NCBI GenBank assembly: GCA_963422205.2
Contig: CAXMWX010000003.1
Coordinates: 128,001 to 192,000 of the forward strand
Origin: Gammaproteobacteria bacterium
GTDB lineage: Bacteria; Pseudomonadota; Gammaproteobacteria; Eutrophobiales; Eutrophobiaceae
Reading direction: 5' to 3'
DNA: 64,000 bases
Part shown: in pieces, positions 21,590 to 30,723 of the stretch
Position numbering within the stretch: position 1 is the stretch's first letter
Layout: each line of letters starts with the position of its first letter
Made by a program: the position numbers and the translations under genes
Notes under the pieces: model-generated
Databases searched by the model: none
The model's input: only the letters and a program-made list of their open reading frames with translations
What the model was told of the DNA's origin: nothing

Positions 21590-23566
21590 TTAGTGTGCCG
21601 CAAAAGTCTGTTTGATGGTATGGCTGATGTTTGCAAAGTAGCGGCCAAAATCCGCCTGATGGCGTGTGCGGCTGCCGCCATAGAGCAGGTGTGTCCCGGT
21701 GTCGGTTCCAGATAGCAAAAACCACAGCCGTTGATGCGGAATATAAAACAGCATGAACACGCCGAGAGTGAGCAGCAGAAACCCCAGATAGACCCACTTG
21801 GCACCGGGCGAGCGGCTGATCTGCAACCCGGTTGCCTGTATCTCCTCAAAATCATCCAACTGTATAAAATACGTTGTGCCGTATTCATGCAGCGAGGACA
21901 AGGCGATGATGCTGTCATTGAGAAACTGAATCTCATGCGCTGATAACTCTCCGGTAAAAAGATCGCTATCTTCCAGCACTTTAAGGTAACTCTGTTGCAG
22001 GGCGAATTGCAGCATCTTCAATGAAGCGTTCTGCAAGTCTTGAGCATCGCTGATCCCGGCATCACTGGCGGTGCTAAAGTGTGCTTTAAGACCGTCAAAC
22101 CCCTGCCGCCGGAATAAATCAACCAGACGGATCAAGACATTCGTGATCTCGGCAGGTGAGATCGGCAGCGCCGTGTTCTCTATCAGCATCGTGCTGTTAC
22201 GCTGCAATAACGGCCTGAGCCTCACCTCATCGTTCAGCAGGGCCAGGAAGCGGAGAAATAACTCAGCACTGCCATTATCATCGGCCGGGATATGCAGATA
22301 GCGATAGTCAGCCTGGGGTGATTCACGCACACCGCTGAGCAGATAGTCACGGCCGGCAATCGTCACCGGATACATGTAGTTAAGGTACTCCCGTGCTGTG
22401 CCGTCAGCCTGTCGCAGTTTGAAGGTCAGGCTGGGGCCGAAGTCACGAAATTTTTTATCTGTTGCCGCATCATTGTCAGGGAAGATATTAAATTTCTTAA
22501 ATTCGGTCAGCTCTAACTGCAAGGCATCGGCATCACCGGGGAGCCTCATCGTCTCTGAGACTGCAAGCTGTGCGGCGGTTTTTTGCAATGTCGGGCTTTG
22601 CAAATCAAACAGGCTGAACTTTAGCACCGAGCCGCCATCACCAAAACTGGCTTGATAGATGGTATAGCCCCGGTAGTTCAGCGGGTGGTTTACCAGGATG
22701 GTTTGCTCCAGGCTGGTGGCGTTGGCCTTATCGACAATACGCAGATCACTCGCAAACGATTTGGGCTGGCCGTTATTGTAGTGCTCAATGCGAAAATCCT
22801 GTACCTGGATGGAGAAGGGAAGCGGCTGCACCACATAACCTGCCCCCATGTTGATAAAAGCCGTGTTGACCCGGCGGCCTTCAGGAATAGAGACACTGGC
22901 CCGGAATGAGGGGTTCTCTTTGCTCAAGATAGTGCGCTTATCCATGGCGGATAAAGGAATGTCGTCACGTGTTTCGATCTGCACCTGCCCGGTGCGGGTT
23001 TTCAGCTTCAGTGGGAAGTTGCTGTCCAGCAGGCCGCCGATACAAATGATAATCACAGCCACATGCGTGAGCAGATAACCATAGCGGTTGGCCTCGCCCC
23101 GGATGGCGGCCACCAGCATACCTTCACCAGTGGCTTGGCTCTGCACACGATAGCCTTGTTGTTTCAGCCAGTGCTGCAACTCAAACAGCAGCTTGTCCAT
23201 GCCGGTTTGCGTATCAAGCCGGGCATGGTGTGTTAAGTGTTGTATGTGATTCGCCCGCTGGTGTAGTTGAAAGTTCCTCGCACTGGCGAGAATTTTAGGC
23301 GTGTTGCGGTACAGGCAGATACTGACGCTGCACACCAGAAAGGCCATGATCAGCACAAACCAGGGGGTGGAATAGATATCATACAGCCCCAGGCGGCGAT
23401 AGATATCATGCCAGAACGGGCCAAACTTGATGATGTAATTCTGATATGGCTCGTTTTGCCGCAGTATCGTGCCAATCACGGACGCCACGGCAATCACCAG
23501 CAGCAGGGTGATGGCCAGGTTCATGGAGCTTAGAAACTGCACGCTGCGGGACAGGGTAAGCCTCAT
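21590..23566 (-). CDS. resB: System II cytochrome c biogenesis protein ResB (CcsB/Ccs1)
   Basis: LSSMNLAITLL, LYDIYSTPWF, GYLLTH, VNHPL..YQASF and TGLQISRSPG motifs. Confidence 0.92.
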   Translation of the reverse strand: MRLTLSRSVQFLSSMNLAITLLLVIAVASVIGTILRQNEPYQNYIIKFGPFWHDIYRRLGLYDIYSTPWFVLIMAFLVCSVSICLYRNTPKILASARNFQLHQRANHIQHLTHHARLDTQTGMDKLLFELQHWLKQQGYRVQSQATGEGMLVAAIRGEANRYGYLLTHVAVIIICIGGLLDSNFPLKLKTRTGQVQIETRDDIPLSAMDKRTILSKENPSFRASVSIPEGRRVNTAFINMGAGYVVQPLPFSIQVQDFRIEHYNNGQPKSFASDLRIVDKANATSLEQTILVNHPLNYRGYTIYQASFGDGGSVLKFSLFDLQSPTLQKTAAQLAVSETMRLPGDADALQLELTEFKKFNIFPDNDAATDKKFRDFGPSLTFKLRQADGTAREYLNYMYPVTIAGRDYLLSGVRESPQADYRYLHIPADDNGSAELFLRFLALLNDEVRLRPLLQRNSTMLIENTALPISPAEITNVLIRLVDLFRRQGFDGLKAHFSTASDAGISDAQDLQNASLKMLQFALQQSYLKVLEDSDLFTGELSAHEIQFLNDSIIALSSLHEYGTTYFIQLDDFEEIQATGLQISRSPGAKWVYLGFLLLTLGVFMLFYIPHQRLWFLLSGTDTGTHLLYGGSRTRHQADFGRYFANISHTIKQTFAAH

Positions 23567-23626
23567 CGGTCGCTCGCCCGCACAGTCACGCCCTGATATT
23601 ATCCTCCTTCAAGATAACGCCGCCGT

Positions 23627-24235
23627 CTAATACAGCCCCTGGATGTAATTTGACACGGCCTCAATATCGGCGTTGGTCATGCGGCTGGCAATATCACGCA
23701 TGACGGCATTGCGATCATTATGCCGTTGCTCGGCTTTAAATTGCTTTAGCTGGCTGGCGGTATAGGCGGCATGCTGGCCGTTGATCTTCGGATACAGTGC
23801 TGCCGGGTTGCCGCTGCCGCCAGGGCCGTGGCAGGCCATGCAGGCGGCCAGGGCACGTTTGGCATCGCCTGCTCGGTACAAGCGCTCGCCATGGGCCAGA
23901 TCGATCGGCTGCGCCAAACCCGGCCGGGGCGTCTGGGCAGCATAGTAAGCGGCAAGATCCGCGATATCCTCATCGGTGAGATTGGCCGCCATAGGCGACA
24001 TCTGCGGATTCTGGCGGCTGCCATCACGGAAGTTTTTCAACTGCTTCCCGGTGTAATCGGCATGTTGTCCAGCAAGGTTGGGCCAGGCCGGGCTGGGGCT
24101 GTTGCCGTCCTCGCCGTGACAAGCCGCACAGGCCAGCGATTTCTCCCTGCCTGCGGCTATATCACCGGCAGGTAAGGGGGGGCTGAATAACAACACAAGG
24201 CTTACGAGGCAGGCATATTTCATATCGAATTCCAT
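23627..24235 (-). CDS. Diheme cytochrome c4
   Basis: Two CxxCH motifs (CAACH, CMACH), PNLAGQH and a signal peptide; divergent from engB. Confidence 0.93.
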   Translation of the reverse strand: MEFDMKYACLVSLVLLFSPPLPAGDIAAGREKSLACAACHGEDGNSPSPAWPNLAGQHADYTGKQLKNFRDGSRQNPQMSPMAANLTDEDIADLAAYYAAQTPRPGLAQPIDLAHGERLYRAGDAKRALAACMACHGPGGSGNPAALYPKINGQHAAYTASQLKQFKAEQRHNDRNAVMRDIASRMTNADIEAVSNYIQGLY

Positions 24236-24352
24236 CTATTTATGTCACTGTTGCAACAGTTGGTTTTGGCGGCTTGGTTTTTGCCATTCTATGTTACCGA
24301 TGTTACAAGAAAAAGTGTATGGTGTCGGGAAAAATTTAGCCCGTCACTCCCC

Positions 24353-24955
24353 GTGCATAACCCTTACCGGCAAACACGCCATGAGCGTAGCGCAAACAGG
24401 CTCAGCCAGCTACCGGCCGACAGCGGCAGAGAGGCCGCTTTCTGTGGCCGTTCAAATACTGGAAAATCCAGTGTTATCAATGTGCTGACCGCACAACACC
24501 GCCTGGCCAGAGCAAGCAGGCAGCCGGGCCGGACGCAGCAACTGAATTTTTTTACCGTGGCGGCAGGGGTGCGGCTGGTCGATCTGCCAGGTTATGGCTA
24601 TGCCAGGGTGCCCCGTGCCCTGCAAGCACACTGGCACAACACGGTCAATCGCTACTTGCAGTCTCGCCAAAGCCTGTCAGGGCTGATATTAATCGTGGAT
24701 ATTCGCCGTAGTTTGAACGACCAGGATCAGCAGTTGCTTGGCTGGTGTCAAGCGGTTGCCTTGCCAGTGCATGTTTTGCTGAATAAATCGGACAAACTCT
24801 CCCGCAGTGCTGCCCAGAGTCGCCTGCTGGCACTACAGCATGAATTTGCTGCCGCTGACGGCATCTCAATGCAGCTATTCTCCGTGTTGAAAAAAACCGG
24901 TGTGGAAGAGTTGCAGGGGCGGCTGAATGGCTGGTTATTTGCCCATGTCATGTAG
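24353..24955 (+). CDS. engB: Ribosome biogenesis GTP-binding protein YihA/EngB
   Basis: GRSNTGKSS, PGRTQ, VDLPGYGYA and NKSDKL motifs. GTG start at 24353 is inferred. Confidence 0.93.
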   Translation: MHNPYRQTRHERSANRLSQLPADSGREAAFCGRSNTGKSSVINVLTAQHRLARASRQPGRTQQLNFFTVAAGVRLVDLPGYGYARVPRALQAHWHNTVNRYLQSRQSLSGLILIVDIRRSLNDQDQQLLGWCQAVALPVHVLLNKSDKLSRSAAQSRLLALQHEFAAADGISMQLFSVLKKTGVEELQGRLNGWLFAHVM

Positions 24956-24965
24956 AGATACAAGG

Positions 24966-25089
24966 AAAAAATCGGCCCCGGATCAAGTTTAAGGGGATTG
25001 GTAGGGCATCCGGGGCCTAAATGCCCGGCTGGGGAGACCGGGAACACTGATCACTGTCAGGGGTTAAACAGCGGCACTTTACGTGTTAC
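24966..25089 (-). ncRNA. Candidate sRNA at the Spot42/ErsA locus (about 120 nt)
   Basis: Minus strand shows a sigmaE-like promoter upstream, a CCCGG/CCGGG hairpin with a C/U-rich loop (25024-25042), and a 10-bp perfect stem (24974-24983/25008-25017) followed by U6. Convergent with engB. Confidence 0.6.
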
Positions 25090-25093
25090 CTGT

Positions 25094-25120
25094 TATGACA
25101 AGGGGGCTGGCTAAAGGTTC
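25094..25120 (-). promoter_or_regulatory. sigmaE/AlgU-type promoter
   Basis: GAACCT-N16-TCATA on the minus strand, versus the consensus GAACTT-N16/17-TCnnA. Confidence 0.55.
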
Positions 25121-25189
25121 AATCGGTTGCGAAGACCAGGGCGGTCGAGGCGGGCTTTTTCGCCTCCCGATGAGACCGTGAGGTGAATT

Positions 25190-25403
25190 TTATACACAGC
25201 TTGGGCCTGATATAGGGATGGCGATGAATAATCGTCGAAAAATTCCCTGAAAACGCTGATGAGTAGGTGCAACTCATTGAAAAAAAAGTAAAAGATGAAA
25301 GTGATTAAATTTTAACATTTCTGTAACACAACCAATAAAAAAGCGGAATTGGGGAATATGTACGCCTATCTTCCACAGACTTATCCACAGAAATTGTGGA
25401 TAA
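25190..25403. promoter_or_regulatory. DnaA-box cluster (DARS-like core) with a near-consensus IHF site
   Basis: TTATACACA 25190-25198, TCTTCCACA 25369-25377 (1 mismatch), TTATCCACA 25381-25389, TGTGGATAA 25395-25403. CAACTCATTGAAA at 25270-25282 resembles the IHF consensus YAANNNNTTGATW. Confidence 0.7.
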
Positions 25404-25505
25404 CACTGAATTGTATACAGAGCAAGCAGTTATCATTTCAAACTGACAAATCGCATCAATGTCATCGCCTAAATTAAGGCCCCAGGCCAAGGATCCAGCG
25501 GCGGT

Positions 25506-26300
25506 TTAATCCACCAGCAGATCAGCGGGGTGACGGATACGCATACGCCATTGGCGATGACGCTGATAAATCTTCCCCCGTGCCAGCACCTTGACATGCA
25601 GCAACTCCCGCAGCTTATAGTCCGTAAAGTGGATCAGATCGCCCCTGGCAATCCGCACAGCAAAGCCTTCGCCAAGGTTCAGCCACAGTGCAGAGCGGCT
25701 CTCGCCTATGCGGCTGATGCGCCCGTACACCCGCCGGTAGCCACGCGCCGTGGCTGGCAGTTCAGCCACAGCGATGGGCTGATATTGCGCCATTGCCCAC
25801 AGGCCACGCCGCTGTGTTTGCGCCCGCCCGCTGGCGGCCTGATAGCAGTCGATAAAATTCAGGTTGGGCGGAATAACCAGGGGCACGGCCAGCCCCTCGC
25901 CCAGTAATGCCGCCTGAACATTACGATTGACATTAGGCCGATCAATAAACGCATGCGCCAGCAGGCGCCCATAGCGGTCCTGCCGTTCAATCCCGTATTG
26001 CAAACGAACGGCGCGGTGTTCAGGCAGCAGCCCCTGCAAATACCGCCATGCGACCACGGCCCCCGGCGCATCTGCCCGGCCATCACGGCCACGCTCCGGC
26101 GTATCAATGCCGATCAGGCGCACATGTCGACCATCGCGCAGGATAAGGGTGTCACCATCAAGCACATCCTCAACGATGCCCATAACAGCCTGGGCGGGTG
26201 GCTGACAATCATCCGCCAGGACCGGGCTTAGGCTGCAACACAGGCAGGCGGCAATGAAATGAGGTGCTGAAAGCGTGCGATTAACTGGCGGGCGGGGCAA
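25506..26300 (-). CDS. Thermonuclease (SNase-like) family exported protein
   Basis: VLDGDTL, VRLIGIDTPE, QDRYGRLLA and RRGLW motifs. Confidence 0.9.
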   Translation of the reverse strand: MPRPPVNRTLSAPHFIAACLCCSLSPVLADDCQPPAQAVMGIVEDVLDGDTLILRDGRHVRLIGIDTPERGRDGRADAPGAVVAWRYLQGLLPEHRAVRLQYGIERQDRYGRLLAHAFIDRPNVNRNVQAALLGEGLAVPLVIPPNLNFIDCYQAASGRAQTQRRGLWAMAQYQPIAVAELPATARGYRRVYGRISRIGESRSALWLNLGEGFAVRIARGDLIHFTDYKLRELLHVKVLARGKIYQRHRQWRMRIRHPADLLVD

Positions 26301-26327
26301 TGAAAACGGGATGAATTGATGCGGTAT

Positions 26328-26528
26328 TCACATGTTGTATTTGCGGCGAAATTTATCCACCCGGCCAGCCGTATCCAGCATCTTCTGTTTACCGGTGTAG
26401 AAAGGATGGCATTGTGAACACACATCTATGTGAAATTCTCCGGCATGGGTGGAGCGCGTGGTGAAGGTGTTCCCGCAACTGCATGTTACGCTGATCTCAT
26501 CATAATCCGGGTGTATCTCTGCTTGCAT
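26328..26528 (-). CDS. rpmE: 50S ribosomal protein L31 (zinc-binding type)
   Basis: MQAEIHPDY...CSCG...[15 protein letters not shown]...AGRVDKF. Confidence 0.97.
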   Translation of the reverse strand: MQAEIHPDYDEISVTCSCGNTFTTRSTHAGEFHIDVCSQCHPFYTGKQKMLDTAGRVDKFRRKYNM

Positions 26529-26707
26529 CGTCCTTACCTTGATTATCCTGTCATGAGGGCTGTTTGCCGGCAGGGCGGAGTGTATGCGATCTGCTGGCGG
26601 GGTGCAACTGGCTGTATAGCTGCTGGCAAAATGACAGCGCACAGCCTTACCTGAAATCATGTGTCTGAAACTGTATGCTTGGCACTGTGTGTGACCAGGA
26701 TGACGGC

Positions 26708-27466
26708 CTATCTCGCCTGCATCCTGACCGCCCCATCCAGCCGGATCGTCTCACCATTGAAGTACCGGTTCTCACAAATATGCCTGACCAGGGCGGCATA
26801 TTCCGCTGGTTCGCCCAGGCGTGGCGGAAACGGCACACTGGCCGCCAACCCCTGCTGTACCTTATCCGGCAGGGCGGCCATCATGGGCGTGTTAAAGATG
26901 CCGGGGGCGATCGTCATCACGCGGATGGCATCGCCGGACAAATCGCGCGCAATGGGTAAGGTCATCCCGACCACCCCGGCCTTTGATGCCGCATAGGCCG
27001 CCTGCCCGGCCTGCCCGTCAAAAGCCGCCACCGATGCCGTGTTCACGATCACCCCTCGCTCGCCGCCCAGCGCCGCCAGCGCCGCCATGCGTGTCGCCAC
27101 CAGGCGAATAGAGTTAAACGTACCCACAAGATTCGTTAAGACAATGCGCTGAAAATCATCCAGGGCATGCGGTGTGCCAGCTTTAAGGGTCTTCTGCCCC
27201 AGTATCACCCCGGCACAGTTTACCAGAATGCGCGCCTCCCCATGCCGTGCCGCCGCCAGTTCCAGACCCTCGCTGAGGCTGTCCTCAGCGGTGACATCCA
27301 CACTGGCGAACACACCACCAACCGCATCCGCCAGCCGCTCGCCCTGCTCACGGTTCATATCAAAAATCGCCACCCTGGCGCCCGCTTCGGCCAGGGCCCG
27401 GGCCGTCGCCTCACCCAGACCGGAGGCAGCGCCGGTGATGATGGCCGGGCAATTTTTTATCTGCAT
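26708..27466 (-). CDS. SDR, 3-hydroxyacyl-CoA dehydrogenase type II-like
   Basis: [18 protein letters not shown] and [10 protein letters not shown] motifs. Confidence 0.9.
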   Translation of the reverse strand: MQIKNCPAIITGAASGLGEATARALAEAGARVAIFDMNREQGERLADAVGGVFASVDVTAEDSLSEGLELAAARHGEARILVNCAGVILGQKTLKAGTPHALDDFQRIVLTNLVGTFNSIRLVATRMAALAALGGERGVIVNTASVAAFDGQAGQAAYAASKAGVVGMTLPIARDLSGDAIRVMTIAPGIFNTPMMAALPDKVQQGLAASVPFPPRLGEPAEYAALVRHICENRYFNGETIRLDGAVRMQAR

Positions 27467-27513
27467 ATCAGCCTGGCCTGCCCGTTATGTTAAAGACGAT
27501 GAGATTAGGCACA

Positions 27514-28698
27514 TCAGATGATCTCCAGGGCCACGGCAGTCGCCTCGCCGCCACCGATGCAGATCGCCGCCACCCCCCGCCTTGCCCCACGTTGCTGCAA
27601 GGCGGCGATGAGGGTAACGATAATGCGCGCCCCGGAAGCACCGATAGGATGGCCCAGGGCACAGGCGCCGCCATGGACGTTGATCTTCTCATGCGGAATG
27701 GCCAACGCCTGCATGGCCGCCAATGCCACAACGGCAAAGGCTTCATTCACCTCAAACAAATCGACATCATGAACAGACCAGCCCGCCGCCTTCATGACCT
27801 TACGCATGGCGGTCACCGGGGCAGTGGTGAACCAGGCCGGCTCCTGGGCATGGCGGCTATGTGCCAGAATCTCGCATACAGGGGTCAAGCCCTGCTGTGC
27901 TGCTGTTGCCGCATCTGTCAGCACAACGGCAGCCGCACCATCAGAAATTGAGCTGGAATTGGCGGCAGTTACCGTGCCGGCATCAGCAAAAGCTGGCCTT
28001 AAGGTCGGGATTTTTTCCATGTCCGCCTTGCCCGGCTGCTCATCGGTGGCAACGATCGACTCGCCCTGGCGCCTCTTTACCCTGACCGGGATAATCTCAC
28101 GATCAAAGCAGCCCGCTTTGATGGCCGCCTGCGCGCGCATCAACGACTCCACGGCATAGGCGTCCTGCATCTTGCGTGAGAGGTGAAATTCGCTGGCGCA
28201 GCGCTCGGCAAAGACGCCCATCAACCGCCCCTTGTCATAGGCATCTTCCAGCCCGTCAAGAAACATGTGATCAATCACCTCGCCATGCCCCATACGCATA
28301 CCCGCCCTCGCCCTGGGCAACAGGTAAGGCGCATGGCTCATGCTCTCCATGCCGCCAGCAACGATCAGCCGGGCAGAGCCGGCCCGAATGCTGTCCATGC
28401 CGAAGATGATGGCCTGCATCGCCGAACCACACATTTTGTTGATGGTGGTACACGCCGTGGCGATGGGCAGGCCGGCCGCCAACGCCGCCTGCCGTGCCGG
28501 TGCCTGGCCCTGCCCGGCCGGTAGCACACACCCCATTAAACAGGCATCAATGGCAGCCGCTTCAGCACCGCTGCGCTCAAGGGCCGCTGCAATCGCCGCT
28601 GCCCCCAGTACCGGTGCGGGCAAGGTGCTGAGTGTGCCTTGCAGGCTGCCCAGCGGGGTTCTTGCCATGCCGGTGATCACGATCGAGTCGTTATTCAT
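27514..28698 (-). CDS. Acetyl-CoA C-acyltransferase (thiolase)
   Basis: NKMCGS, NEAF, GHPIGASG and CIGGG motifs. Confidence 0.95.
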   Translation of the reverse strand: MNNDSIVITGMARTPLGSLQGTLSTLPAPVLGAAAIAAALERSGAEAAAIDACLMGCVLPAGQGQAPARQAALAAGLPIATACTTINKMCGSAMQAIIFGMDSIRAGSARLIVAGGMESMSHAPYLLPRARAGMRMGHGEVIDHMFLDGLEDAYDKGRLMGVFAERCASEFHLSRKMQDAYAVESLMRAQAAIKAGCFDREIIPVRVKRRQGESIVATDEQPGKADMEKIPTLRPAFADAGTVTAANSSSISDGAAAVVLTDAATAAQQGLTPVCEILAHSRHAQEPAWFTTAPVTAMRKVMKAAGWSVHDVDLFEVNEAFAVVALAAMQALAIPHEKINVHGGACALGHPIGASGARIIVTLIAALQQRGARRGVAAICIGGGEATAVALEII

Positions 28699-28863
28699 CC
28701 GTCTCGTTTCTGTTAAAAGGTCTGCACAGGTCCCTCATCCTTCTAAGGTAAGAGAGCGTGTTTTTCAACTCAGCAAACAAACCCCCCGTCCGCCGGCATG
28801 TCAACATGGAGATCACTGGATGGCCTTTTTGCTGCCTTTAGACAGGCGCTTCAGAATGTCATT

Positions 28864-28893
28864 TGATCTTCCAACACCTGATCTTCCAACACC
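28864..28893. repeat. 15-bp tandem duplication
   Basis: TGATCTTCCAACACC occurs twice in the intergenic DNA at the left edge of the accessory region. Confidence 0.8.
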
Positions 28894-28961
28894 ACCTGAA
28901 TGCCCTGGCTTAACAGCGGATAAGCCCTCGACAACCACTCACCTGTTACGTTAAGCAACAG

Positions 28962-29264
28962 CTACCAGCTTTTGCCACCAACCCATTCACCGGCAACGCC
29001 GAGAAAAGGCTCAATGCTAACCGCAGACCACACACCCGCTTCAAAATAAGGATCGCATTCCAGGATTTCCCGTGCTTCGGCTAATGTATCGACTTCGACA
29101 ATAAGCAGGCTGCCTACCGGTCTCTCTCCTGCATCGTTCATTAACGGGCCTGCAACCCTTATCTTGTCCAGTATATTTTCGATGTATGCCAGATGTGCTT
29201 GCAGGTTTGTCTGTCTCCGCCCATCACTGCCGGGGTTATCTGTGCAATACATGGAAACCAACAT
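28962..29264 (-). CDS. YciI family protein
   Basis: R...AHLAY, VAGPL, GSLLIVE and DPYFEAG motifs. Confidence 0.85.
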   Translation of the reverse strand: MLVSMYCTDNPGSDGRRQTNLQAHLAYIENILDKIRVAGPLMNDAGERPVGSLLIVEVDTLAEAREILECDPYFEAGVWSAVSIEPFLGVAGEWVGGKSW

Positions 29265-29347
29265 GTCAGGATGATCCGATTTAATTTGAGGAAATACGCA
29301 TGCAGATAGTATCTCATCTGTGTGCGTTTATGCCCTGCCCATGCGCC

Positions 29348-30331
29348 TTAGTCATGATCGTGGTGATGATGTCTGTGGGCGTTCCAGTGACTGTGGTAAT
29401 CAGGTTTGGCGCTATCGATATCCTCATGCTGATGATCAGCACCTCGCCGTTGTGTAGTTTGTTCGAAATCCTCCGGGCCATGCGGATGATTGTGTGCCGT
29501 GCTGACCATCCACCGGTATAACAGCGGGTCACGCTGATACAGGCGGGCACCGGCCCGGTTCTGGTTCTCAACCGGCGTTGACCAGGGATTGTAGTGAAAA
29601 TAATTGAACAATTTGGAATCCACCCGCCCCAGTGCGATACAGCCAAACTCCGAGGCAAAGGCACCGTGATTGATATACGCCGGTCGCCAGAAATACCCGC
29701 CCGTTGGTATCTCGCCGAACTGCATCATCCACGATGTTCCCCACAGGTGATAGGACTCCTCCGCACAATCATGATAGGAAATATTGTCCTGATAGAAAGC
29801 CGGCGTCATGCAATAAATAAACGTCATGGCATAGGACATGGGGTTAAAGTTAAGCAGCTTGATCAGGCAACCCGAAGCCACCGATGGCTTGGTCACATTG
29901 CCCGGCGCCCACGGGATATCCAGATACGAATCCACATCATGGTAGAGGTCAACCTGACACAGGGCGTGATGTTCGGTGGCTTCCACCAGGCTGGGCTCGG
30001 CTGTGTTATACATTAACAACACCAGTGCGCCCTGCTCGCTACTGATCGCCGGCATGGCATAACCGGCTGGCACATAAAAATAATGCCCTTTGCGAACCGT
30101 GCGAGCACCCACCTGAAGCTCTCCCTCAATGACCATCATCTCCCATTCAGACCAGGAAAAACCGGGGGGCTGACTGTAACCCCCATCAAGCTGCACAGTC
30201 ATGGTACAGGCACCGGTATCGTTATCCAAGCTTAACATCTTATAGTGCATGCCTCGGCCAAAGCCGGGCAGACTCATGTGTTTGAATGTTACATCTCGGT
30301 CAACAAAAGGTTCAATATGGGGTCGTGCCAT
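29348..30331 (-). CDS. Bicupin-like protein (DUF4437-like) with a His-rich tail
   Basis: Two cupin-like halves. The second has HDCAEESY...GGYFWRPAYINHG metal ligands. C-terminus is HRHHHHDHD. Confidence 0.7.
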   Translation of the reverse strand: MARPHIEPFVDRDVTFKHMSLPGFGRGMHYKMLSLDNDTGACTMTVQLDGGYSQPPGFSWSEWEMMVIEGELQVGARTVRKGHYFYVPAGYAMPAISSEQGALVLLMYNTAEPSLVEATEHHALCQVDLYHDVDSYLDIPWAPGNVTKPSVASGCLIKLLNFNPMSYAMTFIYCMTPAFYQDNISYHDCAEESYHLWGTSWMMQFGEIPTGGYFWRPAYINHGAFASEFGCIALGRVDSKLFNYFHYNPWSTPVENQNRAGARLYQRDPLLYRWMVSTAHNHPHGPEDFEQTTQRRGADHQHEDIDSAKPDYHSHWNAHRHHHHDHD

Positions 30332-30377
30332 CGTATTTCTCCAATGCTATTTTTTTTATCGCTTGTGTTTGCTGTGG

Positions 30378-30671
30378 CTATTCGCCATCAACGCCGTACT
30401 TCCACAGGATTTTATCTTCCCTGCCATCGGGTTGTACCGGCAGGTTCTCCGGCTTGATCACGATCTTCTGATCGCCATCCATGTTAAAACCTCGAGTCGT
30501 GATGCGCTTGAAAAAATCCGCATACCATTTCTTGCGCTGCGGGCCTAACTCATCCATCTGCCTGGCAATCTTCTGGTAGCGTCTCTCTTGTTCTTCGATT
30601 TCTTCTTTAAGCCATTTCTCCTCCTCAGCACGGCGTTCATGTTCTATAAATAGGTTCTTAAAGGTCATCAC
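30378..30671 (-). CDS. Small charged hypothetical protein (coiled-coil N-terminus)
   Basis: 97-aa ORF with a GGAGA RBS, co-oriented within the operon. Confidence 0.75.
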   Translation of the reverse strand: MMTFKNLFIEHERRAEEEKWLKEEIEEQERRYQKIARQMDELGPQRKKWYADFFKRITTRGFNMDGDQKIVIKPENLPVQPDGREDKILWKYGVDGE

Positions 30672-30723
30672 GTATTCTCCTCAGGGTATACTCATTTATT
30701 AATACATAGTAGTCGATAGGCAT

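Noticed and set aside
26708-28698. Thiolase and SDR as part of the novel cluster
   Set aside because: They are a common fatty-acid/branched-chain catabolism pair, separated from the cluster by an intergenic gap and lacking the shared palindrome; linkage is unsupported.
28864-28893. Short tandem repeats (also 34130-34151 and about 4831-4863) as CRISPR or iterons
   Set aside because: Only two adjacent copies each, with no spacers and no cas or rep genes.
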